Assembly (NCBI GenBank): GCA_902571005.1 | Contig: CACGAG010000004.1 | Span: 178-64,177, forward strand | Source: an uncultured Pelagibacteraceae bacterium | Lineage (GTDB): Bacteria; Pseudomonadota; Alphaproteobacteria; Pelagibacterales; AG-422-B15 | DNA: 64,000 nt | Reading direction: 5' to 3' | In this document: positions 28,221 through 38,083 of the stretch, one piece after another | How the letters are laid out: each line of letters starts with the position of its first letter | Position numbering within the stretch: position 1 is the stretch's first letter | The notes under the pieces: model-generated | What the model was told of the DNA's origin: nothing | The model's input: the letters and a program-made list of their open reading frames with translations, nothing else | Databases searched by the model: none | Made by a program: the position numbers and the translations under genes

Positions 28221-29432
28221 TTGATACACAATATGAAAAATAATCCTCAATATTTGAATCGTTTAATTAATTTAATCAAGGATATTTATAAAGAAAAAAA
28301 TATCCAACTACATAGGCCAATTTTAAACAAGAATGACCAGAAATTTTTGGTTGATTGTGTAAAGTCAAATTACGTATCATCAGTTGGTATGTATGTTAAT
28401 GATTTTGAAAAAAAAATTTCAGATATTACTGGTGCAAAATATACCATTGCTACTGTAAATGGAACTTCAGCATTACATATAGCAATGATTACTTGTGGTA
28501 TAGAGAGAAATAATGAAGTTCTTACTCAATCAGTAACATTTGTTGGAACATGCAATGCAATATCTTATATTAAAGCTCATCCAATATTCATTGATGTAGA
28601 TAAAGATACCATGAGCATGAGCCCGCTATCATTAAAAAAATTTCTTAACAAAAATGCAAAAAAAATTAAGAATCTTACTTACAACAAAAAAACTGGTAGA
28701 GTTATTAGGGCATGTTTGCCTGTGCACACATTTGGTTTTCCAGCTAGAATCAGGGAAATAAAAAAAATATGTAAGGAATGGAATATTAAGTTAATCGAAG
28801 ATGCAGCTGAGTCACTAGGAAGCTATATTGGGAAAAAACACACAGGTACATATGGAGATATCTCTGCAATAAGTTTTAATGGAAATAAGATTATAACTAC
28901 TGGTGGTGGTGGGATGGTTTTAACTAATAACCGAAATTACGCTGAAAGAGCAAGGCATTTATCCACTACTGCAAGGATTAAACAGGGATATGAATATATT
29001 CATGATGAGATAGGTTATAATTACAGACTTCCAAATATTAATGCGGCTTTAGGATGTTCACAAGTATCTATGCTTGATGAATTTTTAGAAGCCAAATTAC
29101 TTATACATGAGATATATGCTAGGTTTATGGAGTTAAACAACATAAGTTTCTTAAGTGAGAGAAAAGGTACAAAAAGTAATAATTGGTTATTTGCGATGAT
29201 TGCAAGTAATGAAGATGAAAAAAAAATGGTCTTAGACACAACTAATAAAAAATCAATTATGACTCGACCCTTATGGAAATTAATGCATAAGCTCCCAATG
29301 TATAAAAATGCAATTAAAGCACAATTGCCAAATTCTATATGGTTAGAAGATCGAGTGATTAATTTACCTTCAAGTGTTCCAATAAATTATAATAAGAAAA
29401 TATTAGAGAGTATCAAAAATGAAATTACTTAA
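28221..29432 (+). CDS. legC: LegC/LgaB-family aminotransferase
   Basis: VSSVG.YV..FE, VNGTSALH, TFV.T.NAI, EDAAESLGS, SFNGNKIITTGGGG, GYNYRLPNINAALG, NLPSS. Confidence 0.88.
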   Translation: MIHNMKNNPQYLNRLINLIKDIYKEKNIQLHRPILNKNDQKFLVDCVKSNYVSSVGMYVNDFEKKISDITGAKYTIATVNGTSALHIAMITCGIERNNEVLTQSVTFVGTCNAISYIKAHPIFIDVDKDTMSMSPLSLKKFLNKNAKKIKNLTYNKKTGRVIRACLPVHTFGFPARIREIKKICKEWNIKLIEDAAESLGSYIGKKHTGTYGDISAISFNGNKIITTGGGGMVLTNNRNYAERARHLSTTARIKQGYEYIHDEIGYNYRLPNINAALGCSQVSMLDEFLEAKLLIHEIYARFMELNNISFLSERKGTKSNNWLFAMIASNEDEKKMVLDTTNKKSIMTRPLWKLMHKLPMYKNAIKAQLPNSIWLEDRVINLPSSVPINYNKKILESIKNEIT

Positions 29433-30609
29433 CTTACTTAGAAGAAATGAAGGTATTTTTAAAAGTGATATCGAAGCAAACAAAAAAATATTAGAAGACT
29501 CTGTAAGTGGATCAAATTTTTTAGTTTTGGGTGGTGCGGGATCTATTGGACAAGCAGTTACAAAAGAAATTTTCAAAAGAAAGCCAAAAATACTTCATGT
29601 TATTGATATAAGTGAGAATAACCTCGTTGAACTTGTACGTGACCTAAGAAGTTCCCTGGGATACATTGAGGGCGAATTTAAGACTTTTTGCTTCGACATT
29701 GGATCTAAATATTTCATAAAGTTTATTGAGCAGCAATCAGTAAATTACGATTATGTATTAAATTTGTCTGCATTAAAGCATGTGAGGAGTGAGAAAGATC
29801 CTTTCACGTTAATTAGAATGATCGAAACTAATATTACAAATACTTTACAAACAATTAAATGTTTTGAGAAAACGATCTTAAAAAAGTATTTTATTGTTTC
29901 AACTGATAAAGCTGCCAATCCAATCAATATGATGGGCGCAAGTAAAAAAATTATGGAGCTTTTTTTAATGAATAAAAGCAATAAAATAAACATTTCAACA
30001 GCAAGGTTCGCAAATGTCGCTTTTTCAGACGGTTCATTGCTTCATGGTCTTAATATGAGGCTTATGAAGAATCAAGCAATTGCAGCTCCCAAGGACATAA
30101 AGAGATACTTTATATCCCCACAAGAATCAGGCGAATTATGTTTGCTCTCTTGTATCTTAGGTAAAAATAGAGAAATATTTTTTCCTAAACCAATCCAAGA
30201 CCTGAAACCTGTTTTATTTACTGATATTGTTGAGAGCTTTCTAAGTGAATATGGATATGAATTATTTCATTGTCAAAGTGAACAAGAGGCTAGGCAAAGG
30301 GCTAACGATTTAATATCCCAAAAAAAATGGCCATGTTACTTTCACGATAGTGATACAACTGGTGAAAAATCTATTGAAGAGTTTTATACAGAAGATGAGA
30401 CATTAAATTTTGAAAGATTTATAAATATTGGAATAATATTAAATACTGAAGGTTGCGGTAATAATAAGAAAAAGTATTTTTTAAACGAAATTAATAAAAT
30501 CAAAAATAAAGACAAATGGTCAAAAAGAGAAATAATTTCTTTATTTAAAGAAATGCTTCCAGATTTTAATCATCAAGAAAAAGAAAAGTTCTTAGACGAA
30601 AGAATGTAG
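29419..30609 (+). CDS. NDP-GlcNAc 4,6-dehydratase, LgaA type
   Basis: FLVLGGAGSIGQAVTKEIFKR, DISENN.VELVRD.RSS, LSALKHVRSEKDP, STDKAANP, RFANVAFSDGSL. Confidence 0.88.
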   Translation: MKLLNLLRRNEGIFKSDIEANKKILEDSVSGSNFLVLGGAGSIGQAVTKEIFKRKPKILHVIDISENNLVELVRDLRSSLGYIEGEFKTFCFDIGSKYFIKFIEQQSVNYDYVLNLSALKHVRSEKDPFTLIRMIETNITNTLQTIKCFEKTILKKYFIVSTDKAANPINMMGASKKIMELFLMNKSNKINISTARFANVAFSDGSLLHGLNMRLMKNQAIAAPKDIKRYFISPQESGELCLLSCILGKNREIFFPKPIQDLKPVLFTDIVESFLSEYGYELFHCQSEQEARQRANDLISQKKWPCYFHDSDTTGEKSIEEFYTEDETLNFERFINIGIILNTEGCGNNKKKYFLNEINKIKNKDKWSKREIISLFKEMLPDFNHQEKEKFLDERM

Positions 30610-30654
30610 AGTAAAAAAAATTCAAAAACTTAAAAAAATGTGCCCTATTATTTA

Positions 30655-31803
30655 ATGAAAAAGAAAAAAAATATATTGGTAGTTTTTGGGACAAGGCCCG
30701 AGGCTATAAAATTGGCCCCGTTATGTCATTTACTTAAAAAAGAAAAAAAAAATTTTAGATGCAAAATTTGTGTCACAGGACAACATACTGAAATGTTAGA
30801 ACAAGCTCTTAAGGTTTTTTCTCTAAAATCAGATTTTAATCTCAAAGTTATGAAAAAAAATCAAGATCTGTCATCTTTAACATCACTCATAATTTTAAAA
30901 ATTAGAAAAATTATACATAAAAATAATTATGATCTTGTTATCATCCATGGTGATACAACTACATCATTTGCCACAGCTCTTTCATGTTTTTATGAAAATA
31001 TTCCTATTGCTCATGTAGAAGCAGGACTTAGGACATATGATTTAAGTGCCCCATTTCCTGAAGAACTTAATCGACAACTTAACAGTAAATTATCTAAATT
31101 TCATTTTTCTCCTACGAAAGAAAATTCACAAAATCTTATTAATGAAGGTGTAAATAGGAAAAATATTTATATTACTGGAAATACAGTTATTGACGCTCTT
31201 CTACTTATAAAAAAAAGAATAGATTCTAATAAGAGAAAAAAGTTAGAAGTAACTAAGTCAATTAATTCTTATATCAATAATGATTGGCAAAATAAAAAAT
31301 TTATACTTGTAACAGGACATAGGAGAGAAAATTTTGGTGTCGGGTTTAGAAATATTTGTGAGGCTATATTAAAAATTTCATTGAAATATCCTAATATTAA
31401 TATCATTTATCCAGTTCACTTGAACCCAAAAGTAAAAAAGCCAGTAAAAAAATATTTAGGATCAAAAAAAAATATATATTTAATTAAGCCATTAAATTAT
31501 GAAGTTTTTATATATTTATTAAGTAAATGTCTTTTTGTTTTAACTGACTCAGGCGGTATACAGGAGGAAGCACCGAGCTTTAGCAAACCAGTTTTGGTAA
31601 TGAGAGATAAAACAGAGAGGAAAGAAGGAATAAAAAGTGGTATAATCAAACTTATTGGTTCAAAAAAAGAAACTATTTTTAAAAATATGGATATTCTTTT
31701 ATCAGAGTCGAAATTTATTAATAAAATGAAATCAAAGAAAAATCCTTATGGAAATGGTAAAGCCTCTAAAAAAATATTAAATATTTTAAAGAGAAATCTA
31801 TGA
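30655..31803 (+). CDS. wecB: UDP-N-acetylglucosamine 2-epimerase (non-hydrolysing)
   Basis: VFGTRPEAIK, TGQH, HGDTTT, HVEAGLR, PEE.NR, GHRREN, HLNP, TDSGGIQEEAP, NPYG.G. Confidence 0.95.
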   Translation: MKKKKNILVVFGTRPEAIKLAPLCHLLKKEKKNFRCKICVTGQHTEMLEQALKVFSLKSDFNLKVMKKNQDLSSLTSLIILKIRKIIHKNNYDLVIIHGDTTTSFATALSCFYENIPIAHVEAGLRTYDLSAPFPEELNRQLNSKLSKFHFSPTKENSQNLINEGVNRKNIYITGNTVIDALLLIKKRIDSNKRKKLEVTKSINSYINNDWQNKKFILVTGHRRENFGVGFRNICEAILKISLKYPNINIIYPVHLNPKVKKPVKKYLGSKKNIYLIKPLNYEVFIYLLSKCLFVLTDSGGIQEEAPSFSKPVLVMRDKTERKEGIKSGIIKLIGSKKETIFKNMDILLSESKFINKMKSKKNPYGNGKASKKILNILKRNL

Positions 31804-33032
31804 ATAAAAAAAATAATGTTTGTGTAATAGGTTTAGGATACATAGGTATTCCTACTTCAATATTACTAGCATCTAATGGCTATAGAGTAAAAGGATACGA
31901 TATTGATAAAAAAATAATTAAATTAATTAATAATAAAAAACTAAAATTATCTGAACCCGGATTAACTAGTAGATTAAATGATGTGTTGAATAAAAAAAAA
32001 TTTATTGCAACACAAAAAATCGAAGAGTCAGATATTTATTTAATATGTGTTCCAACTCCTTTTTTTGGAAAAGGAAAAATTAAAAAACCAGATTTAAATG
32101 CGATTAATGACGTATTTAAAAAGCTTACGGAAATTTTAAAAGATGGCGATACAGTTATAATCGAATCAACTTGTCCAGTAGGTACTACAAAGAAGATGAT
32201 TGAATTTCTTAAAAGTTGTAATATCGATGTGAGTAAAATTAATTTTGCTTATTGTCCTGAAAGAGTATTACCTGGTAAAATTCTTCATGAATTAAAATTT
32301 AATGACAGAATTATAGGTGCAAATGATAAAAAAACATCGACTATCGTAAGTAGGTTTTATAAGTCATTTGTGAAAGGAAAATTATATTCAACTAATTTAG
32401 AGACTGCTGAAATGAGTAAATTAGTTGAGAATTCATTTAGAGATGTAAATATTGCTTTTGCAAATGAAATTTCGCTTTTGTGTGAATCTCAAAATATTGA
32501 CTATAAAAAAGTCATTAAACTATCAAATAAACATCCAAGAGTTTCAATTCTTGAACCAGGTATAGGCGTGGGTGGTCATTGTATACCTGTTGATCCATGG
32601 TTCATTATCTCTAAAAATTTAAAATTTTCTCAGCTTTTGCAATCTGCCAGATCAGTAAACTCATACAAAACCAAATGGATTAGTAAGAAAATTACAAATC
32701 AAGTATCGATTTATAAAACAAAGTATAAAAAGAACCCAATTGTTTCATTATTTGGACTTACTTATAAAGCAAATGTAAGTGACTTAAGAGAGTCTCCCTC
32801 TTTGGATATTTTCAATCATTTGAAGAAAGAAAAAATAGATAAAATAAGATTAGTTGAGCCAAATGTAGAAAAATATGAAAAAAATAAAATCTATAATTTT
32901 AAAATAGCATTTAAAAATTCTGATATATTATGTTTCTTAGTTAATCATAAAGAATTTAGCTTTTTAGATAAAAGCATACTTCGTGAGGAACAGCAGCTAT
33001 TAGATTTTTGTGGTGTTTTTTCCTCTGAATAG
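31800..33032 (+). CDS. wecC: UDP-N-acetyl-D-mannosamine dehydrogenase
   Basis: IGLGYIG, CVPTP, ESTCPVGTT, YCPERVLPG, KLVENSFRDVNIAFANE, GVGGHCIPVDP, YKANV.DLRESP. Confidence 0.93.
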   Translation: MNKKNNVCVIGLGYIGIPTSILLASNGYRVKGYDIDKKIIKLINNKKLKLSEPGLTSRLNDVLNKKKFIATQKIEESDIYLICVPTPFFGKGKIKKPDLNAINDVFKKLTEILKDGDTVIIESTCPVGTTKKMIEFLKSCNIDVSKINFAYCPERVLPGKILHELKFNDRIIGANDKKTSTIVSRFYKSFVKGKLYSTNLETAEMSKLVENSFRDVNIAFANEISLLCESQNIDYKKVIKLSNKHPRVSILEPGIGVGGHCIPVDPWFIISKNLKFSQLLQSARSVNSYKTKWISKKITNQVSIYKTKYKKNPIVSLFGLTYKANVSDLRESPSLDIFNHLKKEKIDKIRLVEPNVEKYEKNKIYNFKIAFKNSDILCFLVNHKEFSFLDKSILREEQQLLDFCGVFSSE

Positions 33033-33045
33033 ATTATTATCTTTC

Positions 33046-34248
33046 ATGAAAATACTAATTCTATCTTTTTATTATCCACCTGATTTAGGAGCAGGCTCTT
33101 TTAGAGCGCAATCAATTGTTGAAACTTTATCTGCAGTTAAAAAAAACAAAAAATTTGAAATTCAGGTTCTTACAACTCAACCAAATCGATATGCAAGCTA
33201 TAAACCGAAATTAGGAAAATATCAAAAGACAAAAGACAATAGTATTTTCAGAATGAATATTCCAAAGCACTCAAGTGGAATGTTTGACCAAGCTATTTCT
33301 TTTTTTTACTATGCATTGCAGGTAAACAAATTTTGTAAAAAAAATGAATTTGATTTAATTTTTGCCACATCATCAAGACTTATGACAGGATTTTTGGGAG
33401 CATACTTATCAAGAGTGCATAAAAAAAAACTATATTTAGATATTAGAGATATTTTCACTGATTCTACTACAAATATACCATCAAAAAAATATATTCAAAT
33501 TTTCAATCCAATTTTTAGAATAATTGAAAGTTTTACATTTAACGAAGCGAGTAGAATTTCAGTAGTATCACAGAGATTTATAAAGAAAATAAAGATCATT
33601 GCTCCTAAATCTAAAATAAAGGTTTTCACAAATGGAATCGATGAAGATTTTTTGAGAGTGAAAACTTATAATTTACCAAAGAACTTAAAAAAAAGTAGAT
33701 TTGAAATTTTATATGCTGGAAATATTGGAATAGGACAAGGTCTTCACACAATACTTCCCAAAATTTCAAAAAAATTTAGAACTAAAATTAAAATTACTGT
33801 GGTGGGAGATGGAAGTGCAAAAAAAATGTTAATTAAAAGGATAAAAGATGAGAATATTAAAAATATTAAAATTTTAAATCCTGTTAATAGGCAAAAACTG
33901 ATTGAATATTATAAAAATGCTAATGCATTATTTATTCATTTAAGTGATTACGATGCTCACTTAAGAGTCTTGCCTTCAAAATTGTTTGAGTACGGAGCTA
34001 CAGGAAAACCCATCATTGCCGGTGTTAAAGGATATGCAAAGGAATTTTTAAAAAAAGAATTGGTTGGAGCATTTACTTTTAACCCGGGAAATATTATTGA
34101 ATTTGAAAAAATATTGAAGGAACAAATAAAGAAACCAAAGACCTACAATAGAAAATCATTCTGTAAAAAGTTTTCTAGAAAGATAATAATAAATGAGCTC
34201 TGCAATGACATTAATAAATTTGCAAAAGCAGAAGATGATCAAGTATGA
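33046..34248 (+). CDS. GT4-family glycosyltransferase (WbuB-like)
   Basis: SFYYPPD, ATSSR, DIRDIF, YAGNIG.GQG, PSKLFEY.ATGKPI. ATG at 33046. Confidence 0.88.
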   Translation: MKILILSFYYPPDLGAGSFRAQSIVETLSAVKKNKKFEIQVLTTQPNRYASYKPKLGKYQKTKDNSIFRMNIPKHSSGMFDQAISFFYYALQVNKFCKKNEFDLIFATSSRLMTGFLGAYLSRVHKKKLYLDIRDIFTDSTTNIPSKKYIQIFNPIFRIIESFTFNEASRISVVSQRFIKKIKIIAPKSKIKVFTNGIDEDFLRVKTYNLPKNLKKSRFEILYAGNIGIGQGLHTILPKISKKFRTKIKITVVGDGSAKKMLIKRIKDENIKNIKILNPVNRQKLIEYYKNANALFIHLSDYDAHLRVLPSKLFEYGATGKPIIAGVKGYAKEFLKKELVGAFTFNPGNIIEFEKILKEQIKKPKTYNRKSFCKKFSRKIIINELCNDINKFAKAEDDQV

Positions 34249-35531
34249 CTAAGAATATATTAAATTTTAATCAATTGATGTCATATCTTTTATTGTTAGT
34301 TCCTCTCGCACTTCTTACGGGACCTGCTTTACCAGATATATTAATTAGTCTCATTGCTCTAATTTTTTTAATTAAATCTATTAAGATGAAAATATCAGAA
34401 TATTACTTTACTATATTTTTTTATTTTATTTTAACACTAAATATTTACTTGCTGATTAATTCAATTTTTTCAGAAAATATTTTATTTTCTTTTAGAACAA
34501 GTGCTGTTTATTTTAGATTTGGTATTTTTGCTATTGCTACATGGTATTTACTAAATCAATTACCAAATTTAAAAAAACAATTTACTTACTCTTTACTTAT
34601 TGCTTTTGTGTTGGCTCTTCTAAACGGTTATTATCAATATTTTTTTCAAGAAACTATTTTTGGCGATGCGCTGCCTAAAACTGCTTTAGCTAACCGATTG
34701 ACATTGATATTTTCGGATGAAACTATTTTAGGTAACTATTTAGCAAGGATGTTGCCACTTTTATTAGGTTTAATAATACTCAATTTCAAAAAAAACTATA
34801 TTTATTATATTGTAATTGTAAGTTTATTAATCTTAACAGATATTTTAGTGTATATAAGCACTGAAAGAACTGCGCTTGGATTAGTATTTATTTCGACCAT
34901 CTTTGTACTGTTAATGTTAAAAAATTTAAAGTTGCTAAGATTATTTTCTATAGTCATTTCAGTTATAGGAATTATTATTATTTCATACATTTCAACCGAC
35001 ATCAAAACCCGTAATTACGATTTTACATTAAAGCAATTAGGATTAACCCAGAATAGTGAAAAATTAATACTTTTATCACCACAGCACGAAGCATTGTTTT
35101 TAAACTCTATTAATTATTTTAAAGAAAGGCCAATTATTGGAAATGGTGTTAATTCATATAGACACATATGTGATTGGGAAAAACATATAGAGACTAATCT
35201 TGGATGTAGTACGCATCCCCATAATATATATTTTCAAGCGATTGCAGAAATAGGCATTGTAGGAATATTGTTTCTGCTAATACCTGTTTCATATCTTACT
35301 CTTTTGGTATTAAGACACATTAAATCGATTGTATTCGGTAAAAGTAGATACCTAACTGATTTTCAAGTTTGCCTAATTGCCTGTTTTATAGTTTCCTTGT
35401 GGCCTATTCTTCCCACCTTAAATTTATTTAATAATTGGAATAATATAATTTATTATTTACCTATTGGGTTTTATCTACATACTATAACGTTTGAATTTAA
35501 TCAAAAGCTGAAGCAAAATGAAGAAAATTGA
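34245..35531 (+). CDS. O-antigen ligase family protein (WaaL/PglL-like)
   Basis: About 12 hydrophobic segments; ERTA, PIIGNG, HPHNIYFQAIAEIGIVG. Confidence 0.82.
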   Translation: MTKNILNFNQLMSYLLLLVPLALLTGPALPDILISLIALIFLIKSIKMKISEYYFTIFFYFILTLNIYLLINSIFSENILFSFRTSAVYFRFGIFAIATWYLLNQLPNLKKQFTYSLLIAFVLALLNGYYQYFFQETIFGDALPKTALANRLTLIFSDETILGNYLARMLPLLLGLIILNFKKNYIYYIVIVSLLILTDILVYISTERTALGLVFISTIFVLLMLKNLKLLRLFSIVISVIGIIIISYISTDIKTRNYDFTLKQLGLTQNSEKLILLSPQHEALFLNSINYFKERPIIGNGVNSYRHICDWEKHIETNLGCSTHPHNIYFQAIAEIGIVGILFLLIPVSYLTLLVLRHIKSIVFGKSRYLTDFQVCLIACFIVSLWPILPTLNLFNNWNNIIYYLPIGFYLHTITFEFNQKLKQNEEN

Positions 35532-36018
35532 AAAGCTATGGATTATTAAAGAGTCAACTGTTCATGCAAGAGGTCTCTTTGCAAGACAAAACATTGTCAA
35601 AGGCACAAAGATTATTGAATATGTGGGAAAAAAAGTTAAGAAAGTTGAAGGAGACTTAAGATCTGAAAGAAGAATTAAAAAATATTTAAATTCAAAAGAA
35701 ACTGGTTCTGTGTATATTTTTGAACTTAATTCAAGGTATGATATCGATGGATCGCCAATTTACAACAAAGCAAGGTATATAAACCACTCTTGTAAGCCTA
35801 ATTGTGAGATAGAGATTAAAAATAATAGAATCTGGGTTATTTCCAAAAAAATGATCAAAAAAGATGAAGAACTAAGTTATGATTATGGCTATGAATTTGA
35901 TAAAGATGATTATAAAGATCATCCATGTAAGTGTGGATCTAAAAACTGTATAGGTTTTATAATATCTAGCGATGATAGACAAAAATTTAAAAGATTTAGA
36001 AAAATCAACAATGACTAG
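35518..36018 (+). CDS. SET-domain protein-lysine methyltransferase
   Basis: GLFA, IIEYVG, ARYINHSCKPNC, EELSYDY and post-SET CKCGSKNC. Confidence 0.93.
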   Translation: MKKIEKLWIIKESTVHARGLFARQNIVKGTKIIEYVGKKVKKVEGDLRSERRIKKYLNSKETGSVYIFELNSRYDIDGSPIYNKARYINHSCKPNCEIEIKNNRIWVISKKMIKKDEELSYDYGYEFDKDDYKDHPCKCGSKNCIGFIISSDDRQKFKRFRKINND

Positions 36019-37180
36019 TAATTCTGAACTTAATGAAATATTTTCGATAATTCTTTCTAGTAAAAATAAGATATTATTGATCACATTAATCCTCTTATTA
36101 TTTTGGTTGCTAGGAATTTTTTTTCTGAAAGAGTCATATAAAGCATCTATAGAGGTCAGTTTTATTTCACTAGATAAAAAGAGTGAATATGACGGATTAA
36201 ATGCATCGTTTATCAGGCAAACTAATTATTTTTTTGGAATAGATTTAAATGAAAGGCCTATCTTTAACTTAGCTCCAGATCCTTTCGAGGATTATGAAAT
36301 TAATGAGGAGTTTCTTTTAAACGTGTTTTTTGACGAAATGCTTAATAAAAATACTGTTATCGATATTTTGGCAAATTCAAGCTTGATCTCAAATCAAAAA
36401 AACTCAAATGATCTAAACTATTTGTCCGCGGTTTATATGAGAGATAATTTTAATGTGCAATTACCCAAAATATCTAAAAACTATCAAGAAGGTGTAAACA
36501 AGGTCCGCAGATATGAAGAAAATGCAGAAGTATATATTATTGGATATGACAAGATTGAGCTAAGAAATATTTTAAGTAGTCTTTTTGAACAAGTAAATTC
36601 TCAGGTTTTTGAATCTCTTAATAAATCTTTTGATAGATATATTAATAATCAAAATAATAATAGATTATTAAAGTTGAGTGATATAGATCTACAAATTAAA
36701 CATCTAAAAGCAATTTATTTTGATGAAATAAATGCAAGAATTAATCACTTAAGTGAACAATTATTAATTGCGGAATCAATAGGTCAGACTTCAAATATAT
36801 TTAATATTATCGAAAATGATGTATTAAGTTCTGAAGGAAAAAATCTTGATTATTTGAGAGGTTATAATGTTTTAGAGAAAGAGCTTGAAACTCTTAGAGA
36901 ACGTACCGATCATGAAAAGTTTATACCTGAATTAATTGAATTAAATAGCTTGCATCGTGCAGTAAAAAGTGACCAATTTATTGATAGAATTAAAGAAGCA
37001 TATGCCCAATCTCCTTTAAAAGATATCAATAAGTTTGCAGCAGTTAATTATAACCTAGACAAGATAAAATATGAAAAAGTTGGTATAACAAAACTATTAT
37101 TCACAGCAATGATGATAATTTTAATTTTATTACTTAATTTCATACTAATATTTACTAAATATTTTTTACGTAAGATTTAA
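36011..37180 (+). CDS. Wzz/FepE-like chain-length determinant
   Basis: N- and C-terminal transmembrane helices around a large coiled-coil loop (L.EQL.IAE..G); ATG at 36011. Confidence 0.65.
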   Translation: MTSNSELNEIFSIILSSKNKILLITLILLLFWLLGIFFLKESYKASIEVSFISLDKKSEYDGLNASFIRQTNYFFGIDLNERPIFNLAPDPFEDYEINEEFLLNVFFDEMLNKNTVIDILANSSLISNQKNSNDLNYLSAVYMRDNFNVQLPKISKNYQEGVNKVRRYEENAEVYIIGYDKIELRNILSSLFEQVNSQVFESLNKSFDRYINNQNNNRLLKLSDIDLQIKHLKAIYFDEINARINHLSEQLLIAESIGQTSNIFNIIENDVLSSEGKNLDYLRGYNVLEKELETLRERTDHEKFIPELIELNSLHRAVKSDQFIDRIKEAYAQSPLKDINKFAAVNYNLDKIKYEKVGITKLLFTAMMIILILLLNFILIFTKYFLRKI

Positions 37181-38083
37181 ATTTTTAATCTTCTGTATCA
37201 GTTTACTTTTATCAATTTGCATTTGTCTATCATTCGATCTTTTTTTTTGTATTTCAGATCTCTCGTGAAAACAGCTGGGGCATGTTATTCCCTTTTTATA
37301 TTGTTTAGACTTTGTATCTTTAATTGTTATTGGTCTTCTGCAACCATAACACTGTAAATACTTTCCTTTTATAAGTTTTGTATTTATTGAAACTCTATTA
37401 TCAAATACAAAACATTCACCATTCCATTGTGATTTAATTTTTTTATTTCGAGAATGAGATAAATAATTAATTATACCCCCTTTTAATTGGTATACTTTTT
37501 TATATCCTTTATGATTTAAGTAGCCTGCAGCTTTTTCACATCTAATTCCACCCGTGCAGTACATAGCTATAATATCATTTTGGCCAATATTCATTTTTTC
37601 AAACTTATATGGGAATTCCCTGAAACTCTTTGTGTTTGGATTAATTGCACTTCTAAAATTTCCAATATCTATCTCATAGGTGTTTCTAAGGTCTATTAAT
37701 CTTATTTCTTTTTGTTTGATAAAACTATCCCATTTACTGGGGCTAATGAATTTTTCTGGCTTTTGTGAGACATTTATAACTCCTTTGCCCAAAGAAACAA
37801 TTTCCCTCTTTAATCTAATCTTCATTCTATTGAATGGTAAAAAGCCAACTGAATTGATTTTTAACTCCATTTTTTTTATACAAAGCAATTTCTTTATAAA
37901 TTTAATTATATCTAATAAATCATCTTTACTGCCAGATATAGAACCATTTACTCCCTCATTAGCAATTAAAATTGTTCCCCTAACAACTTTATTGGAAATA
38001 AATTGTTCAAGTTTTAACTTTATAGTCTTTTTATTTTTTATATTTTTAAAACGGTAAAAACTATAAACATACAAATCACTCAT
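37166..38083 (-). CDS. trhO: tRNA uridine(34) hydroxylase (rhodanese domain)
   Basis: YSFYRF, GTILIANEG.NG, DLRN.YE..IG.F, YCTGGIRCEKA, LKGGI..Y, GECFVFD.R. Confidence 0.92.
   Translation of the reverse strand: MSDLYVYSFYRFKNIKNKKTIKLKLEQFISNKVVRGTILIANEGVNGSISGSKDDLLDIIKFIKKLLCIKKMELKINSVGFLPFNRMKIRLKREIVSLGKGVINVSQKPEKFISPSKWDSFIKQKEIRLIDLRNTYEIDIGNFRSAINPNTKSFREFPYKFEKMNIGQNDIIAMYCTGGIRCEKAAGYLNHKGYKKVYQLKGGIINYLSHSRNKKIKSQWNGECFVFDNRVSINTKLIKGKYLQCYGCRRPITIKDTKSKQYKKGITCPSCFHERSEIQKKRSNDRQMQIDKSKLIQKIKNLNLT

Larger units (their letters stand above)
1..37180 (+). other. Surface polysaccharide/glycosylation hypervariable island
   Basis: More than 35 co-directional, mostly overlapping sugar-biosynthesis, transferase and export genes; visibly more AT-rich than the housekeeping genes that follow; left edge lies outside the window. 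Confidence 0.85.
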
